Counted from the first letter of the stretch, positions 1 to 7,695 are shown. The stretch: DNA of 21,888 bases from Pyrobaculum sp. (GCA_046293555.1 JBKBOT010000009.1:1-21888), one strand, 5' to 3'. Program-made: numbers and translations. The notes: a model not told the origin generated them from the letters alone.

Positions 1-779
1 ATGACCTCCACATTTGCGTCAAATAGCTTCATGAAGCTGACGGGGCCAGACGCCACGCCGACACTGCCCTTCACCACGTCCCCCTCCGGCCTGAGGAGAG
101 AGAAGTCGTAACCAACGCCGCCGCCTAGCTGTTGTATCACGCCGGAGTAGGTGAGGGCGTCGTAAATACACTGCATGCCGTGATGCGTCAGCGATGATAG
201 GCAATCCTCCACCTCCAGCGTGAAGCAAGAGGCAAACATCTCCCGCCTGGTGCCGGCGTTAAACCAGAAGGGGGAGGCTGGGACGAGCTTAAGCTCTGTA
301 ATCAAAGCGAGGTAGCGGCCAGCCCACTCCCCGTCTCTAGCCACAGCCCTAGCCACCCTGGCCACAGCCATTGCCGGCGTCTCTACAAGCTTTGCGCCAG
401 ACCTGAGGGCATAGTTGCCGTTTGTGAAGAGACGTAGGGCGCTGTAGGAAAGGGCTCTATCAAACTCCGGCCCCACCCCGGCGAGGTGTCTATACTCCTC
501 TACAGTCACCCTCGCCCTGCCAAACACCTCCTTGTATATACGGCCCAGTAGGTGGGCCTTGGCCACCTCGGCCAGCTCCGGCCTGTCTATTGCCCCCCTA
601 AGTAACTCCAACTGAACCAAGTCGGCAAGCTCCCAGGAATGGACATCCCTGTCGATGCTGATGTTAATTCTGCCGTCTACATCCACGCCCACCTCTTCGC
701 CGGCTTTCGCCACAGAGCGCCTAAGCTTCTCCAAGGAGAATTCTTCCATAGAGCCGCTAAGCTTCAAAACTCTGGCCAT
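1..779 (-). CDS. nrdJ: Class II (adenosylcobalamin-dependent) ribonucleotide reductase with N-terminal ATP-cone-like region; 5' part only, runs off the left edge
   Basis: Hand translation from ATG at 779 is open to position 1: MARVLKLSGSMEEFSLEKLRRSV... (ATP-cone-like), ...VETP..., LVPASPFWFNAG, FASCF, GGGVGYDFSLLRPEGDVVKGSVGVASGPVSFMKLFD. These are typical RNR large-subunit motifs. Class II is inferred from the archaeal context. Confidence 0.9.
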   Translation of the reverse strand, partial: MARVLKLSGSMEEFSLEKLRRSVAKAGEEVGVDVDGRINISIDRDVHSWELADLVQLELLRGAIDRPELAEVAKAHLLGRIYKEVFGRARVTVEEYRHLAGVGPEFDRALSYSALRLFTNGNYALRSGAKLVETPAMAVARVARAVARDGEWAGRYLALITELKLVPASPFWFNAGTRREMFASCFTLEVEDCLSSLTHHGMQCIYDALTYSGVIQQLGGGVGYDFSLLRPEGDVVKGSVGVASGPVSFMKLFDANVEV

Positions 780-848
780 GTTATACCCCCCTTTACTATT
801 AATATTCGTAATAGATAAAATAATTTTGGGAGAGAGAGAGCGTTGAAA

Positions 849-1577
849 CTAATATAGCGAGAGAAATTCGGCGTCGTTTTGTAGAATCTGTTGTTCTTCT
901 TTTAGACGGCCTAGATATCTCCCCCCGGCCTCTTTTAATGTTGTGTAGACTGCCTCTACCACGTCTTGAGGTACTGTGGGCCTTGGGTGAGGTAGTCCTA
1001 GCCTCCCAACTGTCGCCTTGGCTAGAAGCCACGTCTTTATGTGAGACTTATCCACCTCGTCTATCTCTACTTCTAGCCACATAAGTTCTCTAATAAAGCC
1101 ATATGTCAACAACTTTACGAAGGTCTCCCAGTGTTCTGTAAGTATTTTACCTTCTTGCCTTACTATGGTTTCCACTATCTGGGGGAGTTTCTCCTCTTGG
1201 CTGTGGTATTTTGCTCTCGACAAGATTGACACTAGGTGTGGATCTAGTGCCGGCTTTAGGGACTTATGTAACATAACTGTTGTGAGGATTGCTTGACTCG
1301 CCATAATCCCCCTGGCGAAGTTTTCTATAGCCTCGTCTATAGCCAGCTCCCTTTTGTTTTTACCTTCTTTTAGTGTCATCACGTCGTCTGGCTCCACTGG
1401 GTCTAGTAATATCAACTCGTTGCCGTAAAACACGGCGGGGACGCTAAACACGTAGTCTTTTAGATATGTGAAATAGGGCGTGGAAGCCATCTCAAATTTT
1501 ATGCCGCCTACGCCTTTTAGCGCCTTGTAGAGCGTGTAGGAGGATTTACATGTGTGGTGTAGCACTATTCTAATCAC
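849..1577 (-). CDS. Hypothetical protein with N-terminal thioredoxin/glutaredoxin-like fold (CxxS) and helical C-terminal domain
   Basis: 242-aa ORF. IVLHHTCKSS follows an N-terminal beta-strand, and SVPAVF resembles the cis-Pro loop. TATA-like TTTATAAAAA lies ~20-28 nt upstream of the GTG. Confidence 0.7.
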   Translation of the reverse strand: MIRIVLHHTCKSSYTLYKALKGVGGIKFEMASTPYFTYLKDYVFSVPAVFYGNELILLDPVEPDDVMTLKEGKNKRELAIDEAIENFARGIMASQAILTTVMLHKSLKPALDPHLVSILSRAKYHSQEEKLPQIVETIVRQEGKILTEHWETFVKLLTYGFIRELMWLEVEIDEVDKSHIKTWLLAKATVGRLGLPHPRPTVPQDVVEAVYTTLKEAGGRYLGRLKEEQQILQNDAEFLSLY

Positions 1578-1647
1578 ACATCTCTACTACATGCCTTTTA
1601 TAAATGTCCCGCCTCTATGTTTTTATGGACATAACATCTCACATCCC

Positions 1648-2142
1648 GTGATATTCCGAAAGAGGGCTAGACTCACTCCAATCACAAAAACGGATGTAGT
1701 AAAGAAATTACTAGATAACGCTATAGTCAAGATTGGTAACTCTAATAAGGCAGTAATGGTGTTTTTTGACTTGAAGTGTCCATTTTGCGCAAAGTTGTTT
1801 AGAGAGACAGACGAGATGTTACTAGAGATCGCAAATAGGGGCCTTATCACATATGCCATGTGTGACTACGTGATACACAAAGAGGCTTTGCCGCTCCACA
1901 AGGCTTTACGTTGTCTTGACGAGAGGGAGAGGCTTAAGTTTATCAAAGAGGTTTTTAGCGGCAAGATGCCAGAAGTCGCCAACTGTCAGAAAGACTTAGG
2001 CGAGTGCACAAAATTGGCAGAAGAGGCTGGCGTCTACGGTACCCCCACCTTGCTGTTTTACGACTTCACAAGGGGTAGGGGGTATCTACATTTCGGCTAT
2101 ATGACGCTTGACGAGGTTTTAGAGGCGATATCTTCGCTATGA
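1648..2142 (+). CDS. DsbA/DsbG-like thioredoxin-fold oxidoreductase (CPFC)
   Basis: Motifs VFFDLKCPFCAKL and AGVYGTPTLLF. Start moved to the in-frame GTG at 1648, which avoids overlap with the divergent gene and has TTTTAT ~25 nt upstream. Confidence 0.85.
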   Translation: MIFRKRARLTPITKTDVVKKLLDNAIVKIGNSNKAVMVFFDLKCPFCAKLFRETDEMLLEIANRGLITYAMCDYVIHKEALPLHKALRCLDERERLKFIKEVFSGKMPEVANCQKDLGECTKLAEEAGVYGTPTLLFYDFTRGRGYLHFGYMTLDEVLEAISSL

Positions 2143-2621
2143 TCCTAGGCGAGGTTTCCGGCAGGTACGTCCTGTACGATTTTTACACACACCTACTATT
2201 CGACGTGCCGAGCCCGCTTGGCGACGTGACTGTAGTGCCACCGCCGCCAGCCTCCTCCCACCAGTTCGCCGTAGTGGGGGCCCTAGTGGCAAAGCTGGGT
2301 TACCGCACTAAAGTGCTAAACTTGCCCACATGTAGGAGAACTACGATTTCTAAGGTGTTGACTAACGCCACAGGCGAGCTGGTGTACATAGGTTACGCCC
2401 ACAGACTGGCTTACGTGGGTCCAGGCGCTGTAATAAACCCGGAGGAGGCCACTACAGACGCCGTGAGGCGCGTGGCGAGAAATAACGTCAGGTTTCAAGT
2501 CATGTGGGAGAGGTGTCTAGGCGGCGATTTGTACCACCGAGAGGTGGTACAGCTCGGGTGGCTCCCCGCGGCTTTAGAGAGGCTAGAGGTGTGGCTGGCA
2601 GAGCGGCTTGGCAGAAGGTAG
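2139..2621 (+). CDS. Hypothetical protein
   Basis: 160-aa ORF with an ATGA overlap onto the upstream stop codon; no recognised motif. Confidence 0.65.
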   Translation: MILGEVSGRYVLYDFYTHLLFDVPSPLGDVTVVPPPPASSHQFAVVGALVAKLGYRTKVLNLPTCRRTTISKVLTNATGELVYIGYAHRLAYVGPGAVINPEEATTDAVRRVARNNVRFQVMWERCLGGDLYHREVVQLGWLPAALERLEVWLAERLGRR

Positions 2622-3173
2622 CTCATATACATCCCCCTTGAATTTCCTAAAGCCGTAGATCTTCCAGCCGCCTGGATTAAGTATCTTCCTCTGTAGATCT
2701 ATGTAAGGCACGTGGCTGTGGCCATAGGCAAGCCACATGCCGTCATTAACCATAAGCCTCTTTCTCAAGGCTCTCCCCAGCCTTCCCCTGTCGGCCATCT
2801 CGATTAGGCCAGCCAACACGCCGTTTTTAACCACAGAGTCGCCGTGGGTGATCACAGCCTTTTCTGTATAGATGTGGCCGTTATATGCCACTACCTCTAC
2901 GCCGTCTATCTTCTCAACTAGCGGCATGGAGAGCTGTGGGTCGTGTGAAGACGAGCTAAAGGAGATGTAGAGATGCTTTGGACGTATCTGAAGTATCTCC
3001 ATGGCCTTTTTAACCAGCCTCGCCGCCTCGTCGCGGCTTACCGCTCTATATTCATCATCAAAGATGTCGCCCACAATTGCCACCTCCTCCATATGTATGG
3101 ACTTTAGACATTTACGTAGTTGGTCTATTCTTGAATATCTCGAGCCTATGTGTACATCTCCAAAGATAATCAC
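2583..3173 (-). CDS. Calcineurin-like metallophosphoesterase
   Basis: Motifs GDVHIG, VGDIFD, (SS)HD, ITHGD, YGHSH and NPGGW. Confidence 0.88.
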   Translation of the reverse strand: MIIFGDVHIGSRYSRIDQLRKCLKSIHMEEVAIVGDIFDDEYRAVSRDEAARLVKKAMEILQIRPKHLYISFSSSSHDPQLSMPLVEKIDGVEVVAYNGHIYTEKAVITHGDSVVKNGVLAGLIEMADRGRLGRALRKRLMVNDGMWLAYGHSHVPYIDLQRKILNPGGWKIYGFRKFKGDVYELPSAKPLCQPHL

Positions 3174-3210
3174 GGTGCCATATTTTTAAATATTTTTAAA
3201 ACTGCCTCCA

Positions 3211-4542
3211 GTGAGGAGAGTCGCAATTATTGGGGCCGCTGGTCGCGATTTTCATGTATACAACATGGCGTATAGAAACAAGAGGGGATATAGGGTGGTG
3301 GCCTTTCTAATGACGCAAATACCTATCCCCAATAGGAGATATCCGCCAGCGTTATCTGGAGTGGCCGAGGGGGTCCCTATTTACGTCTGGAGGTCTTACG
3401 AAGAGCTCACGCGTTATCTAAAAGAGCTACGTGTCGACGAGGCAGTGTTGGCCTATAGCGATCTGCTATATGAGGAGGTGGGACACATAATGTCGGCTGT
3501 TTTAGCCAGCGGCGCCACCTTTAAGATCCACGGCCCCCACGAGACGTATTTACACTCCATAAGGCCCGTTCTTGCCGTCACGGCGACTAGAACTGGTGCA
3601 GGCAAGTCGTCAGTATCTCGAGAGGTGGTAAAAGAGCTCGCCAGCCGCGGCATTAGAGTCGTGGCGGTGAGACACCCCATGCCATATAGAGACCTCGAGA
3701 GGAGCGTAGTCGAGGTGTTCAAAAGGCCTGAGGAGCTCGACGGCCTCACCTTTGAGGAGAGAGAGGAGTATGAACACTATGTGGAATTAGGCGTCCCCGT
3801 GGCTGCAGGTGTGGACTACGGGCTTGTGTTAAGAGAGGCGGAGTCTCTAGGCGATGTGATTATTTGGGATGGCGGCAATAACGACTTCCCCTTCTTCAAG
3901 CCTGACTTCATGATTACTGTAACCGATGCGAGAAGGCCAGGACACGAGGTGGGCTCTTTCCCCGGCGAGGTGAATTTAAGGATGGCGAACTCTGTGGTTA
4001 TAACTAAAGTTGGCGACTCTAGGAGAGAAGACGTGGGGAAAATTATCCAAAACGTGAAGAGAGTTAACCCAAACGCGTTGATCACAAAGGCAGATCTGGA
4101 GGTGTATGTAGACAGAGATATTACGGGCAAGAAGGTAGTGATCATAGAGGATGCGCCCACTGTTACCCACGGCGGATTGCCGTATGCAGCCGGCTATATT
4201 GCGGCGGTTAAACATGGGGCAGTTGTAGTCGACCCGAGGCCCCACGCGGTGGGCATCATGAGGGAGATATATAGGGAATATGGCACAGGCCCCGTGTTGC
4301 CAAGCCTAGGCTATACTCCAGAACAGAGAAGAGATTTGGAAGAGACTATTAGGAATATAGACGCCGACGTGGTGTTACTCGCCACTCCTGCAAAAATAGA
4401 AAAGGTGGTAAAGATAGACAAGCCCATTGCGAGAGTGAGGTGGAGACTTAAGGTAGTGGAAGGCCCCACTATAAAAGAGCTGATAGACCTCTTTCTAGAA
4501 TCAAGCCGTCTTGATGTCTCCCAGCGGGGTTCCGCCCAGTAG
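3211..4542 (+). CDS. COG2403-type P-loop ATP-dependent ligase (cyclic 2,3-diphosphoglycerate synthetase / arginine synthetase ArcE-like)
   Basis: Motifs GAAGRDFH, Walker A TRTGAGKS, VRHPMPY, EEREEYE, WDGGNND, YPGE-like FPGEVNLRMA and EDAPTVTHGG. Confidence 0.8.
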   Translation: MRRVAIIGAAGRDFHVYNMAYRNKRGYRVVAFLMTQIPIPNRRYPPALSGVAEGVPIYVWRSYEELTRYLKELRVDEAVLAYSDLLYEEVGHIMSAVLASGATFKIHGPHETYLHSIRPVLAVTATRTGAGKSSVSREVVKELASRGIRVVAVRHPMPYRDLERSVVEVFKRPEELDGLTFEEREEYEHYVELGVPVAAGVDYGLVLREAESLGDVIIWDGGNNDFPFFKPDFMITVTDARRPGHEVGSFPGEVNLRMANSVVITKVGDSRREDVGKIIQNVKRVNPNALITKADLEVYVDRDITGKKVVIIEDAPTVTHGGLPYAAGYIAAVKHGAVVVDPRPHAVGIMREIYREYGTGPVLPSLGYTPEQRRDLEETIRNIDADVVLLATPAKIEKVVKIDKPIARVRWRLKVVEGPTIKELIDLFLESSRLDVSQRGSAQ

Positions 4543-5166
4543 CGATAAGAGCTGGCGGAGATGAGACGCGGCTTCTATAAGCCTTTCTGCCTCAACCCCA
4601 GCGACGCCGGCTATAACCACAAGGACGTCTCTCGTAGTTTCGTCTACTTTTGTCTCCACGCTGTCTCTATATGGATATACGTGAAGAATCTGGCCGTCTG
4701 AAGCCAGTACTATCTGGCCGTCTAGCTCTATGGGAGAGCCGCCGATGGGATAAAACAACTCGCCTTTTTTTGACATCCTTAAGTACAGTAGCTTACCCTT
4801 TATCTTAGCCATATCGTAAAGGCCTATGGGCACAATGTATTTCATAGAGGTGACGTTACCGGCGTCGACCACGGGGTTTATTCTCGGGAGGGGCTCCCCC
4901 CGGAGCGCCCTCCTCAAGAGGGCCTCTTGTGACGGCCTCTGTTTTGTGGGATCTATCTTGAGGACCCTCCAGTAGAAGTCTCTATACGCCCTGATTACGG
5001 GGTGGTCTTTTAACGTGTCGAGAGAGAGCGCCCCTCTTACCGCCTCTACGGCTTTATTTATCGCAGCGTCGAGCTCTGTGGGATATCTTCTGTTGTCTAC
5101 CCCCAAAATCACGTCGTAAGCCACAAAAACTCCGAGTTTTCTAACGGTGTTAACAATCTCCACCAT
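4501..5166 (-). CDS. Stand-alone B3/B4 (PheRS beta editing-like) domain protein
   Basis: Motifs AYRDFYWR, IDPTKQRPSQEALLRR, LPRINPVVDAGN, PIGLYD and YPYRDS. Confidence 0.88.
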   Translation of the reverse strand: MVEIVNTVRKLGVFVAYDVILGVDNRRYPTELDAAINKAVEAVRGALSLDTLKDHPVIRAYRDFYWRVLKIDPTKQRPSQEALLRRALRGEPLPRINPVVDAGNVTSMKYIVPIGLYDMAKIKGKLLYLRMSKKGELFYPIGGSPIELDGQIVLASDGQILHVYPYRDSVETKVDETTRDVLVVIAGVAGVEAERLIEAASHLRQLLSLLGGTPLGDIKTA

Positions 5167-5212
5167 GGGTTAGATAGAGCTTAATTTTAAATGTCCACCC
5201 ATTTTTAGGACA

Positions 5213-6529
5213 ATGTCTGAAAGCTTCCGTGTAAAAGACGTGGCACTAGGCGGCAGGGGGAAAGATCAGTTGTATTGGGCCGAGAGAAATATGAAGGTAC
5301 TTGTGGAAATCAGGAAAAGGTTTGAAAAAGAGAAGCCCCTCTTGGGACACACCGTCGCCGCGTGTCTCCACGTGACTAAAGAGACAGGTGTGTTAGTACG
5401 CACTCTGGCAGCAGGCGGGGCTAGAGTTGTGTTAATCCCCTCTAACCCCCTCTCCACACAAGACGAGGTGGCAGCTGCGCTAGCCGAAGAGGGCATCCAC
5501 GTCTACGCCTGGAGGGGTATGAGCGAGAGGGAGTACTACCACGCCATCGGCTTTGCGCTATCTTTCTACCCAACAGTCACGCTTGACGATGGGGCAGATC
5601 TCACAGCCACAATCCACAAGCTTAAACACGGGATAAAAGACCCCACCATTGAGTATGTCCTAGAAAGCGCCGGAGGTATAGATGTGGAAAAACTCGCGGC
5701 TGGGCTGCGTGGCGGCACTGAGGAAACCACCACCGGCGTCGTTAGGCTAAGAGCCTTAAAAAACGCCGGGAAGCTGGTATATCCAATAATTGCGGTAAAC
5801 GAGTCTTATACTAAATACCTATTTGACAACCGTTATGGCACAGGCCAGTCGACGTGGGACGGGGTGTTGAGAGCCACCAATCTGCTTGTTGCAGGTAAAA
5901 ACGTCGTGGTGTCTGGATACGGCTGGGTGGGGAGGGGTATCGCCATTAGGGCTAGGGGCCTTGGGGCACGGAGGGTGATCGTAGTGGAACAAGACCCAGT
6001 AAGAGCTCTAGAGGCTGTGTTTGACGGGTTTGAGGTAATGCCTATGGACAAAGCGGCGTTAGAAGGCGATATATTCATAACGGCTACGGGCAATATAAGA
6101 GCCATAAGCTTAAGCCATATAGCCAAGATGAGAGATGGGGTGGTGCTCGCCAACGCGGGACATTTCAATGTGGAGATCGACGTGGCTGGACTAGAGCGGG
6201 TGGCTGTCTCCAAGAGGGCCGTAAGGCCGTACCTAGAGGAATACACGCTCCCAGGGGGCAAGCGGGTTTATCTAATTGGAGAGGGGCGTTTAGTAAACCT
6301 GGTGGCCGCCGAGGGACACCCCTCGGAGGTTATGGACCTATCTTTTGCCAACCAAGCCCTTGCGGCCGAGTATCTAGCCAGACATAAGCTTGCCGTAGAT
6401 ATATACAAGCTCCCAGATGAGCTAGATAGAGAGGTGGCTAGGTTAAAGCTAAAGACCATGGGCATAGAGATAGAGGAGCTGACTGAAGAACAGAGAAGAT
6501 ATATAACCTCGTGGGAGTTAGGCACGTAA
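5213..6529 (+). CDS. ahcY: Adenosylhomocysteinase (SAH hydrolase)
   Basis: Motifs ACLHVTKET, SNPLSTQD, LDDGADL, EETTTG, KYLFDNRYGTGQS, GYGWVGRG, NAGHFN and GHPSEVMD. Confidence 0.97.
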   Translation: MSESFRVKDVALGGRGKDQLYWAERNMKVLVEIRKRFEKEKPLLGHTVAACLHVTKETGVLVRTLAAGGARVVLIPSNPLSTQDEVAAALAEEGIHVYAWRGMSEREYYHAIGFALSFYPTVTLDDGADLTATIHKLKHGIKDPTIEYVLESAGGIDVEKLAAGLRGGTEETTTGVVRLRALKNAGKLVYPIIAVNESYTKYLFDNRYGTGQSTWDGVLRATNLLVAGKNVVVSGYGWVGRGIAIRARGLGARRVIVVEQDPVRALEAVFDGFEVMPMDKAALEGDIFITATGNIRAISLSHIAKMRDGVVLANAGHFNVEIDVAGLERVAVSKRAVRPYLEEYTLPGGKRVYLIGEGRLVNLVAAEGHPSEVMDLSFANQALAAEYLARHKLAVDIYKLPDELDREVARLKLKTMGIEIEELTEEQRRYITSWELGT

Positions 6530-6583
6530 GTGATTACAACTCTGGGGCCTGATCTGTGAAGATACTGACCTGCGATGAACACC
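6526..6583 (+). ncRNA. C/D box methylation guide sRNA
   Basis: Box C GTGATTA (6530-6536), 12-nt guide CAACTCTGGGGC, D' CTGA (6549-6552), C' GTGAAGA (6556-6562), 12-nt guide TACTGACCTGCG, D ATGA (6575-6578). The D guide is complementary to the archaeal 16S motif GCAGGUCAGUA (recalled, not searched). Ends are approximate. Confidence 0.8.
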
Positions 6584-6869
6584 TTTTGGACATCTCTCTA
6601 TACATCTTTATCTTTCTTCTCACGGCCCTAATCTGTCTCTTTAGAGGCGCCAAGTCGCTAGTGGCGACACCCAGCGCCTTAAGTTCTCCATATAGCTTCT
6701 CAAACCTCTTTTTCTCTCTTACATATCTTTCTAAAAACGCCATTACTCTCCGACATTCTGCCCCCCTGATTACGTAAGCCTCCTCGCTCTCTAGGATCTT
6801 TTTTATCTTCTCCACATCTATCCCGCCGAGATATTTGCCAAGTTTTTCAATTAGGTAGTCTACCTCCAT
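6534..6869 (-). CDS. Hypothetical small basic, coiled-coil-like protein
   Basis: 111-aa ORF with protein-like composition; its start overlaps the upstream ORF's 3' end by 10 nt. Confidence 0.65.
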   Translation of the reverse strand: MEVDYLIEKLGKYLGGIDVEKIKKILESEEAYVIRGAECRRVMAFLERYVREKKRFEKLYGELKALGVATSDLAPLKRQIRAVRRKIKMYREMSKRCSSQVSIFTDQAPEL

Positions 6870-7165
6870 ATCTTCTCCACTACCCTCTGCCCTAGATATT
6901 TGTCTTCTTGTAAAACCTCAACTTCTATATCTTCTACCCACTCCTCCACCACCCCCTCAGAGGTTTCCTCTATTTTTTCCACATCATCGACATGAGTCCA
7001 CCTCTTCGGGTTTTCACCCCTACTTAGATCTATAGCTAGCAACGTGGCCACAGCTCTAAAGGTCTCGTCGTCTAGGGCGTGTCTAAGTTCATAAAGTTTG
7101 GCAATTTTTCTGCCTGGGGGGAGTCTAGACAGCTTAGAGATCACCTCTAGTTTAGCTTCTGCCAC
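6860..7165 (-). CDS. Hypothetical small protein with acidic C-terminal half
   Basis: 101-aa ORF with GTG start; TTATAT ~22-27 nt upstream on the - strand. Confidence 0.65.
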   Translation of the reverse strand: MAEAKLEVISKLSRLPPGRKIAKLYELRHALDDETFRAVATLLAIDLSRGENPKRWTHVDDVEKIEETSEGVVEEWVEDIEVEVLQEDKYLGQRVVEKIWR

Positions 7166-7232
7166 GTATCTCGCCGGGTAGCTGACATATAACTACAATA
7201 GTTAGAAACGTGGCTAATGGGGTGGCTGAAAG

Positions 7233-7667
7233 TTATACAACAATAGAGGCGAGATTTGCAATTGTAGGCCAGCGGAGTGTAGCCTCCATAGCCACAGGTC
7301 CGTGTATTTCCGACCCCTTTGGATCTCCCTCCGGCGTGGTGATAACAACTGCGTTGTCTTCAAACGCCACCCATGTCCCATCTGGCCTCCTAAAGGGCTT
7401 TCGCTGCCTTACAACAATACCCCTAAAGATCTGTCTTCTCAACTCCGGCTTGCCCTCTTTTATTACTACCACAACCATATCTCCAACGCCTGCCCCTGGG
7501 ATCCTCCTATGTACGGTTTTTGAGTAGTGCCCCACCACCCCTATGATTCGCACAAGTTTAGCTCCAGAGTTATCTGCCACAGGTACTAGGCTGTTCATAA
7601 ATATGCCGGGAGTTACGTGAAATCTATATGGCACGCCTACAGTTCTCTTGCCGCCACGTTTAGCCAT
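7233..7667 (-). CDS. rpl14: 50S ribosomal protein L14 (uL14)
   Basis: Motifs [46 protein letters not shown] and WPTIANLA. Confidence 0.97.
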   Translation of the reverse strand: MAKRGGKRTVGVPYRFHVTPGIFMNSLVPVADNSGAKLVRIIGVVGHYSKTVHRRIPGAGVGDMVVVVIKEGKPELRRQIFRGIVVRQRKPFRRPDGTWVAFEDNAVVITTPEGDPKGSEIHGPVAMEATLRWPTIANLASIVV

Positions 7668-7685
7668 GTGGCTACATTAGCCTAC

Positions 7686-7695
7686 ATTATAAATA
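7686..7695 (-). promoter_or_regulatory. TATA box of rpl14
   Basis: TATTTATAAT, ~19-28 nt upstream of ATG 7667. Confidence 0.65.

Noticed and set aside
829-840. (GA)n run downstream of the 242-aa gene
   Set aside because: Too short to call a repeat; at most a pyrimidine-rich terminator on the - strand.
19-846. Track ORFs 19..228 (-) and 655..846 (+)
   Set aside because: They are alternative-frame or antisense shadows of the nrdJ reading frame that starts at 779.
5672-6828. Identical heptapeptide GGIDVEK in AhcY and in the neighbouring 111-aa ORF
   Set aside because: Similarity does not extend beyond seven common residues and the codons differ; most likely coincidence.
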